Source of the DNA: an uncultured Candidatus Saccharibacteria bacterium
GTDB lineage: Bacteria > Patescibacteriota > Minisyncoccia > Phycocordibacterales > WO2-35-19
Assembly (NCBI GenBank): GCA_964534305.1
Contig: CAZHPR010000001.1
Location: 26,944-90,943, forward strand
Direction of reading: 5' to 3'
Length of the DNA: 64,000 nucleotides
This document shows positions 36,940-47,423 of this stretch, in pieces. Numbering within the stretch: the first letter of the stretch is position 1; every line of letters starts with the position of its first letter. The position numbers were made by a program, and so were the translations under genes. The notes under the pieces were generated by a model. That model was not told where the DNA came from. It saw only the letters and a list, made by a program, of their open reading frames with translations, and ran no database searches.

Positions 36940-38472
36940 CTATACCTGCACTTTTGGACGATAAGAGATAGCTTCTAGGATATGGTTTGGTGTTATCTCT
37001 AACGAGGACTCGAGGTCGGCAATGGTACGCGCCAGCTTGATTATACGGTGATAACTCCTCGCTGAGAGGTCTAAAGTTTTCGCAGACTTATTGAGTATTT
37101 CTTTTACTTCATTTGAAAGGCTTAGGATGGTTGCAATATCTCGTGCATTCATTTCTGAATTGGTATTTATATTCCTATTTAATTTAACAAATCTCTCTCG
37201 TTGTATTTCTCTTGCCCTTATTACCCTACTTCTAGCTGGCAAGCTCTCACTCTTCTCTGCCCTCTCGGTAAGCTTGTCATGATCTACTTTTGAGACTTCG
37301 GTCCAAATATCAATACGATCGATGATGGGTCCAGAAATTTTTCTTTTGTATCTCTCTATTTGCATCGCAGAACACCTACAAGACTTGCCTTTGATACCAA
37401 AGTTGCCACAGGGGCATGGGTTCATCGCCGCCACCAAGATAAAGTGTGCAGGGAACTTTACAGTACCTCTCGCTCTTGAGACGGAGACATTTCTTTCTTC
37501 GAGAGGTTCGCGCAAAGCTTCTATTGTTTTATTTTCAAATTCTGGAAACTCATCAAGAAAAAGTACCCCTTTGTGTGAAAGAGTGATTTCTCCCGGTTTT
37601 GGATTTGCTCCTCCACCAACGAGCGCAACATAGGAAGAAGTGTGATGTGGAGAACGAAAAGGTCTCTCGGTAACAAGCAGCCCGTCAAGAGCCCCCGCAA
37701 TAGAATGTATCTCTGTGACCTCCATTATTTCATTGAAAGAAAGTGGGGGTAGGATACTACGCAGAGCCTTCGCGAGCATGGTCTTGCCAGTACCCGGAGG
37801 GCCATAGAGAGCAATATTATGCCCGCCAGCAGCAGCGATCTCGAGGGCTCTCTTGGCAGACTCTTGGCCTTTTATATCGGAGAGATCAAACGATATGGAA
37901 TGATTTACTTTTATTTCTTGTTTTCTTTCTGGTTTTATTTTATCTCTGGATTCGTTGCTTTCTAGATGGGAAATTATTTCTCTTAGCGTCTCTGCTCCGA
38001 ATATAGCTACCCCATCAACCAAAGAGGCTTCTTTGCTATTTATCTTTGGTAAAAATATTTCTTTAAAACCTTCCTCCTTAGCCTTCCTAGCAAAGGCCAG
38101 GGCTCCCTTTATCGGACGAAGCGAACCATCCAAAGAAAGCTCTCCTAGGAAAATCTTTTTGTCTGATACAAAATTTATCTCTCCATCCGCAAGAAGATAA
38201 GCAAGTGCCATCGCAACATCAAGTCCCGAACCTTCTTTTTTGACCTCTGCTGGAGCGAGAGAAACAACAACTTTGTGGTTTTTGGATTTTGGAGATTCAA
38301 ATCCAGAATTTTTTATCGCAGCACTCACCCGATCTCTCGCCTCTTCGACAGCTTTGTCCGGAAGACCAACAATAGAAAACGAATGTAGACCCCGAGAGAG
38401 GTCTACCTCGACATCGACTATGTAAGGTTTGAGTAAAGAAGCTTGTGCACTATAAACCTTTGCGTATGACAT
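36940..38472 (-). CDS. comM: YifB/ComM Mg-chelatase-like AAA ATPase
   Basis: IVGLPD, GQESAKRALEIAAAGGHN, GPPGTGKTMLA, RPFRSPHH, AAMNPCPCG. Confidence 0.96.
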   Translation of the reverse strand: MSYAKVYSAQASLLKPYIVDVEVDLSRGLHSFSIVGLPDKAVEEARDRVSAAIKNSGFESPKSKNHKVVVSLAPAEVKKEGSGLDVAMALAYLLADGEINFVSDKKIFLGELSLDGSLRPIKGALAFARKAKEEGFKEIFLPKINSKEASLVDGVAIFGAETLREIISHLESNESRDKIKPERKQEIKVNHSISFDLSDIKGQESAKRALEIAAAGGHNIALYGPPGTGKTMLAKALRSILPPLSFNEIMEVTEIHSIAGALDGLLVTERPFRSPHHTSSYVALVGGGANPKPGEITLSHKGVLFLDEFPEFENKTIEALREPLEERNVSVSRARGTVKFPAHFILVAAMNPCPCGNFGIKGKSCRCSAMQIERYKRKISGPIIDRIDIWTEVSKVDHDKLTERAEKSESLPARSRVIRAREIQRERFVKLNRNINTNSEMNARDIATILSLSNEVKEILNKSAKTLDLSARSYHRIIKLARTIADLESSLEITPNHILEAISYRPKVQV

Positions 38473-38476
38473 AGTT

Positions 38477-38839
38477 TTACATATGCTCTTTGCAAGTACG
38501 GGCGGCTGGGTTTGCTTCTAGTCTATCCCTCTCTATTGGCTTTCCATCTACTTCACAGAGACCATATCTCCCTTCTTCGATTTTTTTTAGAGCGTCCTTT
38601 ACTTCGTTGTATCTAATCTCAAGTTCACCGAGAACGGCTGAGTTTTCTTCATATTCTTCTATTTTATCAGCAACCTCACTTTCATCCGCACTGTCGGTGT
38701 CTAGATCAGCTGGCTCTGCTTCCCAATCCGTCTTTACATCAGGATTTTTCCTACCGACAAAGTTGAGTTCTTCTTCCAAACCCCTTAATTCTTCCTCTAA
38801 TTTGGACTTTAGGTCCTGTATGTTTATGTCTTGATTCAT
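38477..38839 (-). CDS. TraR/DksA family zinc-finger protein
   Basis: ALKKIEEGRYGLCEVDGKPI..RLEANPAARTC. Confidence 0.9.
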   Translation of the reverse strand: MNQDINIQDLKSKLEEELRGLEEELNFVGRKNPDVKTDWEAEPADLDTDSADESEVADKIEEYEENSAVLGELEIRYNEVKDALKKIEEGRYGLCEVDGKPIERDRLEANPAARTCKEHM

Positions 38840-38861
38840 AGGAGTATTATATCACATTCTA

Positions 38862-39800
38862 CTATCTTATAACAGATCTGGAGGCAAATATTGAAGATAT
38901 TTCACCTATTGAATTTATACTACTCGATATGAGTACTGTGTTTTTATCCAAAAATGTATACACAATCACAGCTTCACCCCCATCTGTCAAAGCCCTAGTG
39001 TCTTTGTTCCTCACGATTACATCTTTCCAAACTGGATTTGTAATTATTTCCTGATCTTGGTCTAGGTCTGTTAGAACCTCTGCTTCGTTATTTTTTTCCA
39101 AGTCCTTTATTAAAAAGGAAAGATCTTTTTCTAGTGTAGCCTCCCACTCAAGCATCCCCGAAAAAGCTCTGCCAAAATCATTTACAGAGATAATTACAAA
39201 GTAGTCTGTATTGTTTTCATTTTTGATAGAACCAAGAAAAAATTCTTGACCCATAGTTCTTGTGATTGAACTCGGCGGAGTTGCTCCAACAAAAGAAAGA
39301 AAACTGCTTGTATTATCTATCGGAGCGCCGTTTATATCAGAAATCCTTATTGCCGTAACTCCATTACCAGAAGAGATCTTCTTTAGCTCTGAAGACAGCG
39401 TTTCCTTTGTAATATTTGCAAGTGAGAGCTCGCTGTTATAAGGAATTATTTCTTGCTTTATTACTATTGTCTGATCTTCTTTACCAAGAAAGTCAACCAC
39501 AAAGAAAACTGTAAGAGAACCAGCAAGAATGAGTAGGAGGCTCAAAACGATAGCTACAAAATTTATTCTAAAACCTTCACCCTTTTTGCTCTCTACCACC
39601 GCTTCTTCTCTTTCTTCCGCTCTTCTTTTTTCTTTTTCTTTTACGGCGATAGACGTCACTGATTCGTTCTTTTCTTTTATAAATTCAGCAACATCACCTT
39701 GATAGGTGCGCAAAGTCGGCAGAGGGCTCGCTTTGTGAAGCGCTCCGACTATATTGCCTTCTTTGTTCTCTGAGGTATTTGGATTATTTTCCTCATTCAT
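38862..39800 (-). CDS. Single-pass membrane hypothetical protein
   Basis: LRTYQGD, one TM helix, AFSGMLEWE; no family recognised. Confidence 0.8.
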   Translation of the reverse strand: MNEENNPNTSENKEGNIVGALHKASPLPTLRTYQGDVAEFIKEKNESVTSIAVKEKEKRRAEEREEAVVESKKGEGFRINFVAIVLSLLLILAGSLTVFFVVDFLGKEDQTIVIKQEIIPYNSELSLANITKETLSSELKKISSGNGVTAIRISDINGAPIDNTSSFLSFVGATPPSSITRTMGQEFFLGSIKNENNTDYFVIISVNDFGRAFSGMLEWEATLEKDLSFLIKDLEKNNEAEVLTDLDQDQEIITNPVWKDVIVRNKDTRALTDGGEAVIVYTFLDKNTVLISSSINSIGEISSIFASRSVIR

Positions 39801-39812
39801 CTTTTTGATTGT

Positions 39813-41909
39813 TTATTTTTGTTTTATGAAATTTGGATCAGCGTCTTTTATAGAAAGCTTCATCCTCCCCTTTTCATCAACCCCCTTAACCACAACCGGG
39901 ACGACCATACCAACTGACAAATATTTTTCTGTGCGGTCTATCCTAAACGAAGCAATCTCAGATATGTGAACCAGACCATCGCTGTTTTTACCGAGCTTTA
40001 CTATTGCACCAAAATCAGCAACTCTCACCACTTCACCCATAAACTTATCTCCCGTTTTGTACTCTCTCACGATATCTTCTATTGAACTTCTAGCCTTCTC
40101 TGCGCCATCCTTCTCTCCAGTTATAAATATTGTACCATCTTCTTCTATATCTATCTCTACTCCAGTGTTATCTTTTATTTCATTTATAACCTTGCCGCCA
40201 GTACCGATCACCATTCCTATCTTGTCTGGATTTATCTTCATCGAAATTATTCTTGGTGCCCGAGGAGAAAGCTCTGCGCGAGGAGCCTTTATCTCACTTT
40301 CTAACAAATCAAGTATTTTCATTCTAGCCACTTTTGCTTTTTCAAAAGCTTCTTTGAGAACTTCAAGCGGTATACCGTCTACCTTTACATCCATTTGTAC
40401 CGCCGTGACCCCCTCTCTTGTCCCGGCAACTTTGAAGTCCATATCTCCGTGCTCATCTTCTGGGCCTTGGATATCAGTTAGAACTTTATACTTACCACCC
40501 ATAGACATGAGTCCAGAAGCAATACCCGCTACAGGCTTTTTTATCGGTACTCCAGCATCCAAGAGGGCAAGAGTAGAAGCGCATACAGAACCCATGGAAG
40601 TAGAGCCGTTGCTTGCAAGAGCTTCAGAAACAATCCTGATCGTATAAGGAAAATCTTCCTTGTTTGGTATCACCGGCAAAAGAGCCTTTTCTGCAAGAGC
40701 ACCATGCCCAACCATTCTTCTGTTTGTAGAACCGACCCTACCTACTTCTCCGGCAGAAAATGGTGGGAAGTTGTAATGATGCATAAATCTTTTGTTTACT
40801 TGAGTTTCCATACCATCTATCACCTGAGAATCTCCTGGAGCACCGAGAGTCAGAGCAGAAAAAATATGCGTCCCTCCTCGATAAAATATCCCTGAGCCAT
40901 GAAGCACCGAGGAGAGACCTCCAGCTTTTGCATACAAACTCCTAAGTTCATCAAAACCTCTACCATCTACTCGCCTGTTTTGTTCCAAAGAAACTTTATG
41001 TACAAAATCATTTACCGCCTCATGAAAAAGATTTCTGGCTACCCTCTTGTCATGCTCTGGGATCTGTTCACCGAGGAGTGCAAACCAGGCGTCTTCTATT
41101 TCATAAATCTTTGACTTGCCTACCGAACCGAGGATTTCAGGAAACCTTGGTTCAATATATTCTGAAAACAAATTTCTGACACTTTCTGGTACTTCTATAG
41201 GCTTTACTTCCTTCTTATTTTTACCAATTTCAGCTATTATCTTTTTTTGAAAATCTTCTATTTTTTTAAGCTCTTCGTTTGCTCTTTCTAGCGCTTTCAT
41301 CAGAACCTCTTCTCCAGCTTCATTTGCACCCACTTCTATCATATTTATAGCTCCGTTTTTGCCACAAGCAATAAGGTCAAGCTCGTAGTCAGGACTTTCC
41401 CTCTCTTCATAACTTGGGTTTACAATAAAGTCATCATTGCCCTTTAACTTACCAATCCTTACTCCGGATACCGGACCGTTCCAAGGAATATCTGAGACCC
41501 CAAGAGCAAGAGAAGAAGCCACTACTCCCAAAACATCTGGATCATACTTATCCAAAGAAAGTATTGTTATAACAACCTGAACTTCGTTTCGAAGATTGTT
41601 GTCAAAGAGAGGTCTGATCGTCCTATCTACTATTCTGCCAGAAAGTATCGCCTCGTCCGACGGTCTGCCCTCTCTCCTTATAAACCTGCTTCCGAGTATC
41701 TGCCCAGAAGCATAAAATCTTTCTTCGTACTCAACTGTAAGCGGAAAGTAGTCTAACTCTTTCTCCCCCTTGGACATCACAGCTGTTGCAAGCACCACAG
41801 TATCATCGAGGCGAAGCATCACCGAGCCGTGAGCGTTTTCTGCCAAATCACTGAACTCTGCTTCCATTTTTTGACCACCAATCTCAAAAGAATATTTCTT
41901 AGTTTGCAT
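39813..41909 (-). CDS. pnp: Polyribonucleotide nucleotidyltransferase
   Basis: FPLTVEY.E, RREGRP, HYNFPPFS, SNGSTSMGS, GDMDFKVAG; KH and S1 domains. Confidence 0.99.
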   Translation of the reverse strand: MQTKKYSFEIGGQKMEAEFSDLAENAHGSVMLRLDDTVVLATAVMSKGEKELDYFPLTVEYEERFYASGQILGSRFIRREGRPSDEAILSGRIVDRTIRPLFDNNLRNEVQVVITILSLDKYDPDVLGVVASSLALGVSDIPWNGPVSGVRIGKLKGNDDFIVNPSYEERESPDYELDLIACGKNGAINMIEVGANEAGEEVLMKALERANEELKKIEDFQKKIIAEIGKNKKEVKPIEVPESVRNLFSEYIEPRFPEILGSVGKSKIYEIEDAWFALLGEQIPEHDKRVARNLFHEAVNDFVHKVSLEQNRRVDGRGFDELRSLYAKAGGLSSVLHGSGIFYRGGTHIFSALTLGAPGDSQVIDGMETQVNKRFMHHYNFPPFSAGEVGRVGSTNRRMVGHGALAEKALLPVIPNKEDFPYTIRIVSEALASNGSTSMGSVCASTLALLDAGVPIKKPVAGIASGLMSMGGKYKVLTDIQGPEDEHGDMDFKVAGTREGVTAVQMDVKVDGIPLEVLKEAFEKAKVARMKILDLLESEIKAPRAELSPRAPRIISMKINPDKIGMVIGTGGKVINEIKDNTGVEIDIEEDGTIFITGEKDGAEKARSSIEDIVREYKTGDKFMGEVVRVADFGAIVKLGKNSDGLVHISEIASFRIDRTEKYLSVGMVVPVVVKGVDEKGRMKLSIKDADPNFIKQK

Positions 41910-42080
41910 AAATATAGACTACTTGTTTAATGAAAACATCTTATCACCAAAACTTCATTTTTTGAATTAAAATCCCTCGCTCTTTACAAACTCTCAAAAT
42001 ACTTGCAAAAGTAGATAAAATTGGTATAGTTTACGAGGAAGCAACAAGTCACAAGCTACTTCAAAACAAGGAGGCAAGAA

Positions 42081-42815
42081 TTGAGTACGATCGATCGTGA
42101 AATTTTGAGGCAACTTTCAATCTTACAATCGGAGCTAGCCCGCTATCTCGGAACATCACGACAAGCTGTGTGCGCTGGAATCAAACAAGGTAAGGATTAC
42201 CTCGACTCACGCCGTCTGCTTCAGCTCTATGATGCGCTTCATGCAAATGGTGACAGACGAGCAACTTTGGTTGCTAACCGCCTGAAGAATATCTACGGGT
42301 TAGAAGCAAATCCACCCACTCTAACTTCGACAATGCACGGTGATCCTGAATCCTTCCCACAAAGGTTTGAGGAGATGTGGGTTTTGGGAGATGAACTACT
42401 TGAACTCACTTCACCTCACTATGCCACCAGAATGCAAAAGCATTACGAGTCACCGAAAAAGACCCTGCTCTACTTTGTTAGTAGACCAGAGATCGGCGAC
42501 AGGCTAACACAACGCATAAAGCTGGAAGTAGGCCGACATAAACGAAGCGGCCAACAAACCGCCAAAATATGTATTCTGCTCTGCAATGCTGTCATGTTCA
42601 TGCCACACTTGATGATCTTTGATCCAATCAGTAATGAAGCTGAAGGGTACGTGAGAACGTCCAGAGGTTTCGTGAAAATGGATCAGGTGCTGACAAGTAT
42701 CATGGTGGCAAACTTCACTGTTGCAGGAGTCAGACCTTTTGGTAAAGAGGGTGCCATCTTGGCAAACGATGCTGGGTTTGGCGGTGTATCATTCAAGATC
42801 CTTCATCAGTTTTGA
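42081..42815 (+). CDS. Hypothetical protein with an N-terminal HTH-like motif
   Basis: AAGGAGG SD, TTG start, QSELARYLGTSRQAV; terminator at 42825-42871. Confidence 0.7.
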   Translation: MSTIDREILRQLSILQSELARYLGTSRQAVCAGIKQGKDYLDSRRLLQLYDALHANGDRRATLVANRLKNIYGLEANPPTLTSTMHGDPESFPQRFEEMWVLGDELLELTSPHYATRMQKHYESPKKTLLYFVSRPEIGDRLTQRIKLEVGRHKRSGQQTAKICILLCNAVMFMPHLMIFDPISNEAEGYVRTSRGFVKMDQVLTSIMVANFTVAGVRPFGKEGAILANDAGFGGVSFKILHQF

Positions 42816-42935
42816 CAAATCTTACCGCCCACGACGAGACACAAAAGGTCCGTTGGAGGGCGGACTTTTTTATATAAAAATTTTTAAGATGTAATTTGTT
42901 TTGAAATAGTGTATAAATCTAATAGGAGTAACCTT

Positions 42936-43034
42936 ATGTTTTGGAAACTGTTCGGCTGGGTATCTTACCAGATACTCAAGTTTTTTAACTGGTTAGGTTC
43001 CCGGAAGAAGAAATGGGCGCTGACCAAACAGTAA
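42936..43034 (+). CDS. Small cationic amphipathic peptide, 32 aa
   Basis: AGGAG SD, ORF MFWKLFGWVSYQILKFFNWLGSRKKKWALTKQ, hairpin at 43033-43058 immediately after. Confidence 0.6.
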   Translation: MFWKLFGWVSYQILKFFNWLGSRKKKWALTKQ

Positions 43035-43093
43035 GGGCTGATCGCAAGATCAGCCCTTAACCATTTTATTATTTATGTGTTTTTTGTTTTCCT

Positions 43094-43135
43094 CCCCTCT
43101 CCTCTTGCAAGGAGAGGGGTTGGGGGTGAGGTAGA
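43094..43135 (-). repeat. DUF559-associated palindromic repeat abutting the fusA stop codon
   Basis: cccctctcctcttgcaaggagaggggttgggggtgaggtaga, directly next to TAA 43136-43138. Confidence 0.9.
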
Positions 43136-45292
43136 TTATTTCCTAGCCTCTGCAATAGAAGCAGCAACGTTTGGAGGCACTATTGCATAGTGATCAAACT
43201 CAATGTTTGCATTACCCCTACCTTCTGTCATAGATCTGAGGCTTGTGACATACCCGAAGAGCTCTGCTAGAGGCACTTTTGCCCTCACAACCTTGAGCCC
43301 AGCCCTATCATCCATACCCTCAATACTACCTCGCTTGGAAGAAAGATAACCGGTAACATCGCCCATGAATTGTTCTGGGACAGTCACTTCAACTTTCATC
43401 ACCGGCTCTAGGATCACAGGTTTTGCTTTCTTGGCAGCTTCCTGAAAGGCTTGAGAAGCAGCAATCTTGTAAGCAATTTCAGAAGAGTCAACATCGTGGT
43501 AAGAACCGAAGGTTAGCTCACAAGAAACATCTGTCATCTTGTAGCCAGCGACAATACCTCTCTCCATTGCCTCCTTTACTCCCTTCTCAACAGCTGGGAT
43601 AAATTCTGCGGGGATAACACCTCCTTTGATAGAATCAATGAATTCAAACCCTTCATCTCGATGGACATTTTTTGGCAACTTAGCATCTGGGTTTTCTAGA
43701 GGTTGTAGCGGTTTTATATTTAGCTTGACGTGACCATACTGACCCTTACCTCCAGTTTGTTTGATATATTTTGTCTCTGCTTCTGCGGTACCGGTAATTG
43801 TCTCTTTATAAGCAACCTGTGGAGCACCAACATTTGCTTCAACATTAAACTCTCTCTTCATACGGTCTACAATAATGTCTAGGTGTAGCTCACCCATACC
43901 TTGTATAACGGTCTCTCCTGTTTCGCTATCCCCTTTTACTCTAAACGTCGGATCCTCATCCGAAAGCCTCCTGAGAGCGGTACCCATTTTCTCTTGGTCT
44001 GCCTTTGTCTTTGGTTCAATACGTAGCGAGATAACAGGCTCTGGGAAAACTATTGATTCCAGAACGATAGGGTTGTTTTCATCAGCAAAGGTGTGAGATG
44101 TTTTTGCATTCTTGAGTCCTACCGCTGCAGCAATTTCTCCAGCAAAAACCTTTTTAACTTCTTCTCTTTGATCAGCCTGGAGACGGACAATTCTTCCAAG
44201 TCTCTCCCTCTCTCCAGTGCTTGCATTGTATATATAAGATCCAGATTCAATTGTTCCAGAGTAAACTCTGAAGAAAGTTAGCTGACCAACAAAAGGGTCT
44301 GCTTGCAACTTGAAAGCAAGTGCTGAGAATGGCTCTTCATCACTAGGATGTCTCTCAATCTCTTCACCTGTCTTTGGATCAGTACCCTTTATAGCAGGGA
44401 TATCAAGCGGAGAAGGCAGGAAATCTACAACCGCATCGAGCACAAGCTGGACACCTTTGTTTTTAAGTGCTGAACCAGTAAAGACTGGGAATATTTTGTT
44501 CTCAACAACCGCCTTTCTGAGTATTTTTTTTAAGGTGCTTACATCTATTTCTTCCCCAGATAGATATTTGTTCATCGCCTCGTCATCATTCTCCACAATC
44601 CTCTCAACGAGTTCTGCTCTATACTTTTCGGCATCAGCTCTTAGGTTTTCAGGAAAAGCGATTTCTACAACATTGTCTCCCAACTTACCCTCAAAGCCAT
44701 AAGCTTTCATCAGCAAAAGGTCTACAACTCCTTCGTGCTTGTCTTCTTCTCCTATAGGTATTTGCATTCTTACTGCCTTTTTTGAAAGCCTTTTTAGAAT
44801 CGAGTCATACGACTTTTCAAAATTCGCCCCTGTTCTGTCTAGTTTGTTTATAAAACAAAGCCTAGGTACGTTTGCTTCTTCTGCGTATCTCCAGTTGGTT
44901 TCGGATTGAGGCTCCACCCCAGCAACACCATCAAAGACGCAGACCGCGCCGTCGAGCACTCTCATTGACCTCTTTACTTCTACAGTAAAGTCTATGTGTC
45001 CAGGAGTATCTATAATATTGAAACGATACTTATTCTCTTTTTTGTTTCTTTCTTCTGGAGAAAGGTAGGTAGGTCCCCAGAAACAGGTTATCGCAGCAGC
45101 TGTGATGGTGATACCTCTTTCTCTCTCCTGTTCCATCCAGTCTGTTGTCGTCTGTCCTTCGTGCACTTCACCTATTTTGTGTTGACTTCCGGTGTAGTAC
45201 AAAATTCTCTCGGAAGTTGTCGTCTTCCCTGCGTCAATATGGGCTATAATCCCAAAATTTCTAACTCTCTCTAGTGGATAATCACGTTGCAT
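43136..45292 (-). CDS. fusA: Elongation factor G
   Basis: [38 protein letters not shown]. Confidence 0.99.
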   Translation of the reverse strand: MQRDYPLERVRNFGIIAHIDAGKTTTSERILYYTGSQHKIGEVHEGQTTTDWMEQERERGITITAAAITCFWGPTYLSPEERNKKENKYRFNIIDTPGHIDFTVEVKRSMRVLDGAVCVFDGVAGVEPQSETNWRYAEEANVPRLCFINKLDRTGANFEKSYDSILKRLSKKAVRMQIPIGEEDKHEGVVDLLLMKAYGFEGKLGDNVVEIAFPENLRADAEKYRAELVERIVENDDEAMNKYLSGEEIDVSTLKKILRKAVVENKIFPVFTGSALKNKGVQLVLDAVVDFLPSPLDIPAIKGTDPKTGEEIERHPSDEEPFSALAFKLQADPFVGQLTFFRVYSGTIESGSYIYNASTGERERLGRIVRLQADQREEVKKVFAGEIAAAVGLKNAKTSHTFADENNPIVLESIVFPEPVISLRIEPKTKADQEKMGTALRRLSDEDPTFRVKGDSETGETVIQGMGELHLDIIVDRMKREFNVEANVGAPQVAYKETITGTAEAETKYIKQTGGKGQYGHVKLNIKPLQPLENPDAKLPKNVHRDEGFEFIDSIKGGVIPAEFIPAVEKGVKEAMERGIVAGYKMTDVSCELTFGSYHDVDSSEIAYKIAASQAFQEAAKKAKPVILEPVMKVEVTVPEQFMGDVTGYLSSKRGSIEGMDDRAGLKVVRAKVPLAELFGYVTSLRSMTEGRGNANIEFDHYAIVPPNVAASIAEARK

Positions 45293-45411
45293 AATAAATT
45301 ATTAACTACTAACTATTTTAAATTTAACTAAACAAAACCCTGGACCACTCGATAAATAAATTGAACAAACTTATTCCAGACAAGCAGCCAGTAATTTTTG
45401 CTAAGCAAAAA

Positions 45412-45888
45412 TTACCAAGCAAAGTGAGCGAATGCCTTGTTTGCTTCTGCCATCTTGTGGACGTTTTCTCGTTTTTTGATCGCCTCGCTGGTACTGTCGT
45501 TTTTGCTTGCAAGTACAATCTCTTCTGCCAATTTTTGATGCATAGGCTTGCCCTTCTTGTTCCTCGCAGCATCGATAATCCACTTCATAGAAAGATACAT
45601 TCTTCTCTCTGGCCTTACCTCTCTAGGGACCTGATAGTTTGCGCCTCCAACCCTTCTAGACCTTACTTCTACTGTCGGACCAGTGTTCTTTAGGGCGGTA
45701 TCAAAAATTTCTATCGGATTCTCTACTTTTGCATCCTTTTTTATAAGGTCAAAAGCTTCGTAGACTATCTTTCTTGCGGCGTTCTTCTTGCCTCTTTCCA
45801 TACAATAGTTTATAAACTTCTCCACCTTTGTTGAATTGAAGTTTATATCAGGCTTTACGATATTTCTGTTTTTTACTTTTCTTCTCAT
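45412..45888 (-). CDS. rpsG: 30S ribosomal protein S7
   Basis: EVRSRRVGGANYQVP, HKMAEANKAFAHF. Confidence 0.99.
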   Translation of the reverse strand: MRRKVKNRNIVKPDINFNSTKVEKFINYCMERGKKNAARKIVYEAFDLIKKDAKVENPIEIFDTALKNTGPTVEVRSRRVGGANYQVPREVRPERRMYLSMKWIIDAARNKKGKPMHQKLAEEIVLASKNDSTSEAIKKRENVHKMAEANKAFAHFAW

Positions 45889-45909
45889 GTTTTGTTTTTG
45901 TATTTTCCT

Positions 45910-45946
45910 CCCCTCTCTTAGATTAAGAGAGGGTTAGGGTGAGTTA
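45910..45946 (-). repeat. DUF559-associated palindromic repeat between rpsL and rpsG
   Basis: cccctctcttagattaagagagggttagggtgagtta. Confidence 0.9.
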
Positions 45947-45949
45947 TTT

Positions 45950-46360
45950 TTATGACTTGGGCTTCTTTACTCCATAACTAGATCTTGAGGTTCTTCTCTT
46001 ATCTACTCCAGCTGCATCCAGTCTTCCTCTTACAATTGTGTATCTAACTCCAATATCCTTCACTCTACCACCTCTTAGAGTCACAACTGAGTGCTCTTGC
46101 AAATTGTGCCCAATACCTGGGATATAAGCTGTAACCTCCATACCGTTTGTAAGACGAACCCTGGCTATCTTTCTAATAGCAGAGTTAGGCTTTCTTGGAG
46201 TCTTTGTTGTTACCTTTGTGCAAACCCCCTTCTTAAAAGGAGATGGGTAATATACTGGCTTATTTTTGAGCGTATTAAAACCACGAGCCAAAGCAACAGC
46301 CTTTGACTTCGTCTTTACTATCTTTCTTTTCTTTCTTACTAATTGATTTATTGTAGCCAC
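45950..46360 (-). CDS. rpsL: 30S ribosomal protein S12
   Basis: [25 protein letters not shown]. Confidence 0.99.
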   Translation of the reverse strand: MATINQLVRKKRKIVKTKSKAVALARGFNTLKNKPVYYPSPFKKGVCTKVTTKTPRKPNSAIRKIARVRLTNGMEVTAYIPGIGHNLQEHSVVTLRGGRVKDIGVRYTIVRGRLDAAGVDKRRTSRSSYGVKKPKS

Positions 46361-46427
46361 GTTTTTATTAAAAAATTTGCACTAAAAACAGCTCATTCGC
46401 TGCCTCAACAATCTAATATAAAGGCAA

Positions 46428-47039
46428 CTAAAATGCAAGCCCTGTAATAAGAGTAAACGACTTAAACACAATAGGGCTAAAAAATTGCCAAAAGAATGCA
46501 ACAAAAATAAACACCAAGAAAAAGCCGTATTGCTCCATATTTCTCCGCAATGATTCCATCTTTAGTGGCAAAAAGGCGAAAAGTATCTTTGAGCCATCGA
46601 GCGGAGGCACCGGGATCAGATTAAAAAATGCCAAAGTTAGGTTTATAAGGACAACAAAGCTAAGTACCGGAGTAATACTTGATATTTCTAAAGACCTTAT
46701 TATAAACCCAAATACAACTGCAATACCTATATTTGAAAGAGGACCAGCAAAGGCAACTAAAGCTTCCCCAAACCTCGCTGGCAGACCCCACCTTCTAGGG
46801 TCTAGGTTATAAGGATTGAATGGTACCGGTCTTGCCCAACCGACGATAAAGCCTCCAAGAAAATAACCTACAAGTGGCACAAGCACCGAACCAACCGGAT
46901 CAAGATGTTTTATTGGATTTAGAGTTAGCCTGTCTTGATATTTGGCTGTCGGGTCGCCGAGGGCCAAGGCTGCATAGCCATGCGCCACCTCATGGATAAC
47001 TACCGACATTATTAAAATTGCTACTACAAATAAAAACAT
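46428..47039 (-). CDS. Site-2 protease (M50) family protein
   Basis: HEVAH, AGPLSN, FNLIPVPPLDG. Confidence 0.95.
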   Translation of the reverse strand: MFLFVVAILIMSVVIHEVAHGYAALALGDPTAKYQDRLTLNPIKHLDPVGSVLVPLVGYFLGGFIVGWARPVPFNPYNLDPRRWGLPARFGEALVAFAGPLSNIGIAVVFGFIIRSLEISSITPVLSFVVLINLTLAFFNLIPVPPLDGSKILFAFLPLKMESLRRNMEQYGFFLVFIFVAFFWQFFSPIVFKSFTLITGLAF

Positions 47040-47077
47040 TGCTTTTGTTATTACTATATGTTAGCATACTCTCCACT

Positions 47078-47320
47078 ATGGCAAGAAGTTGCGCAATAAC
47101 AGGAAAATCATCACAAGTCGGGGGCGGCTATAGCAACCGCACTCGTGCAACCCAGTTCAACCCAACTGGGTCTAGGAGGCGCTATGCCAATCTTCAGAAA
47201 AAGAAGGTTTTTGTGCCTGAACTCGGCAAATCTTTCAACCTTACCCTATCAGCCAAAGCCATCAAAACTATCCAGAAAAAAGGCGCCTTTGCCACTCTCA
47301 AAGACGCAGGGATAATATAG
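47078..47320 (+). CDS. rpmB: 50S ribosomal protein L28
   Basis: MARSCAITGK...RR..NLQ...LSAKAIKT; start at ATG 47078. Confidence 0.93.
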   Translation: MARSCAITGKSSQVGGGYSNRTRATQFNPTGSRRRYANLQKKKVFVPELGKSFNLTLSAKAIKTIQKKGAFATLKDAGII

Positions 47321-47383
47321 TAGCTAGCATCTAGCATTAAGTATCTAAGTAAAAGTCCTAAACCAAGGTTATTTTTTGTTTGT

Positions 47384-47423
47384 CCCCCTCTCTTAATTTA
47401 AGAGAGGGGTTAGGGGTGAGTTA
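47384..47423 (-). repeat. DUF559-associated palindromic repeat supplying the stop codon of the ComEC MBL gene
   Basis: ccccctctcttaatttaagagaggggttaggggtgagtta; provides the last codons ITHP*. Confidence 0.9.
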
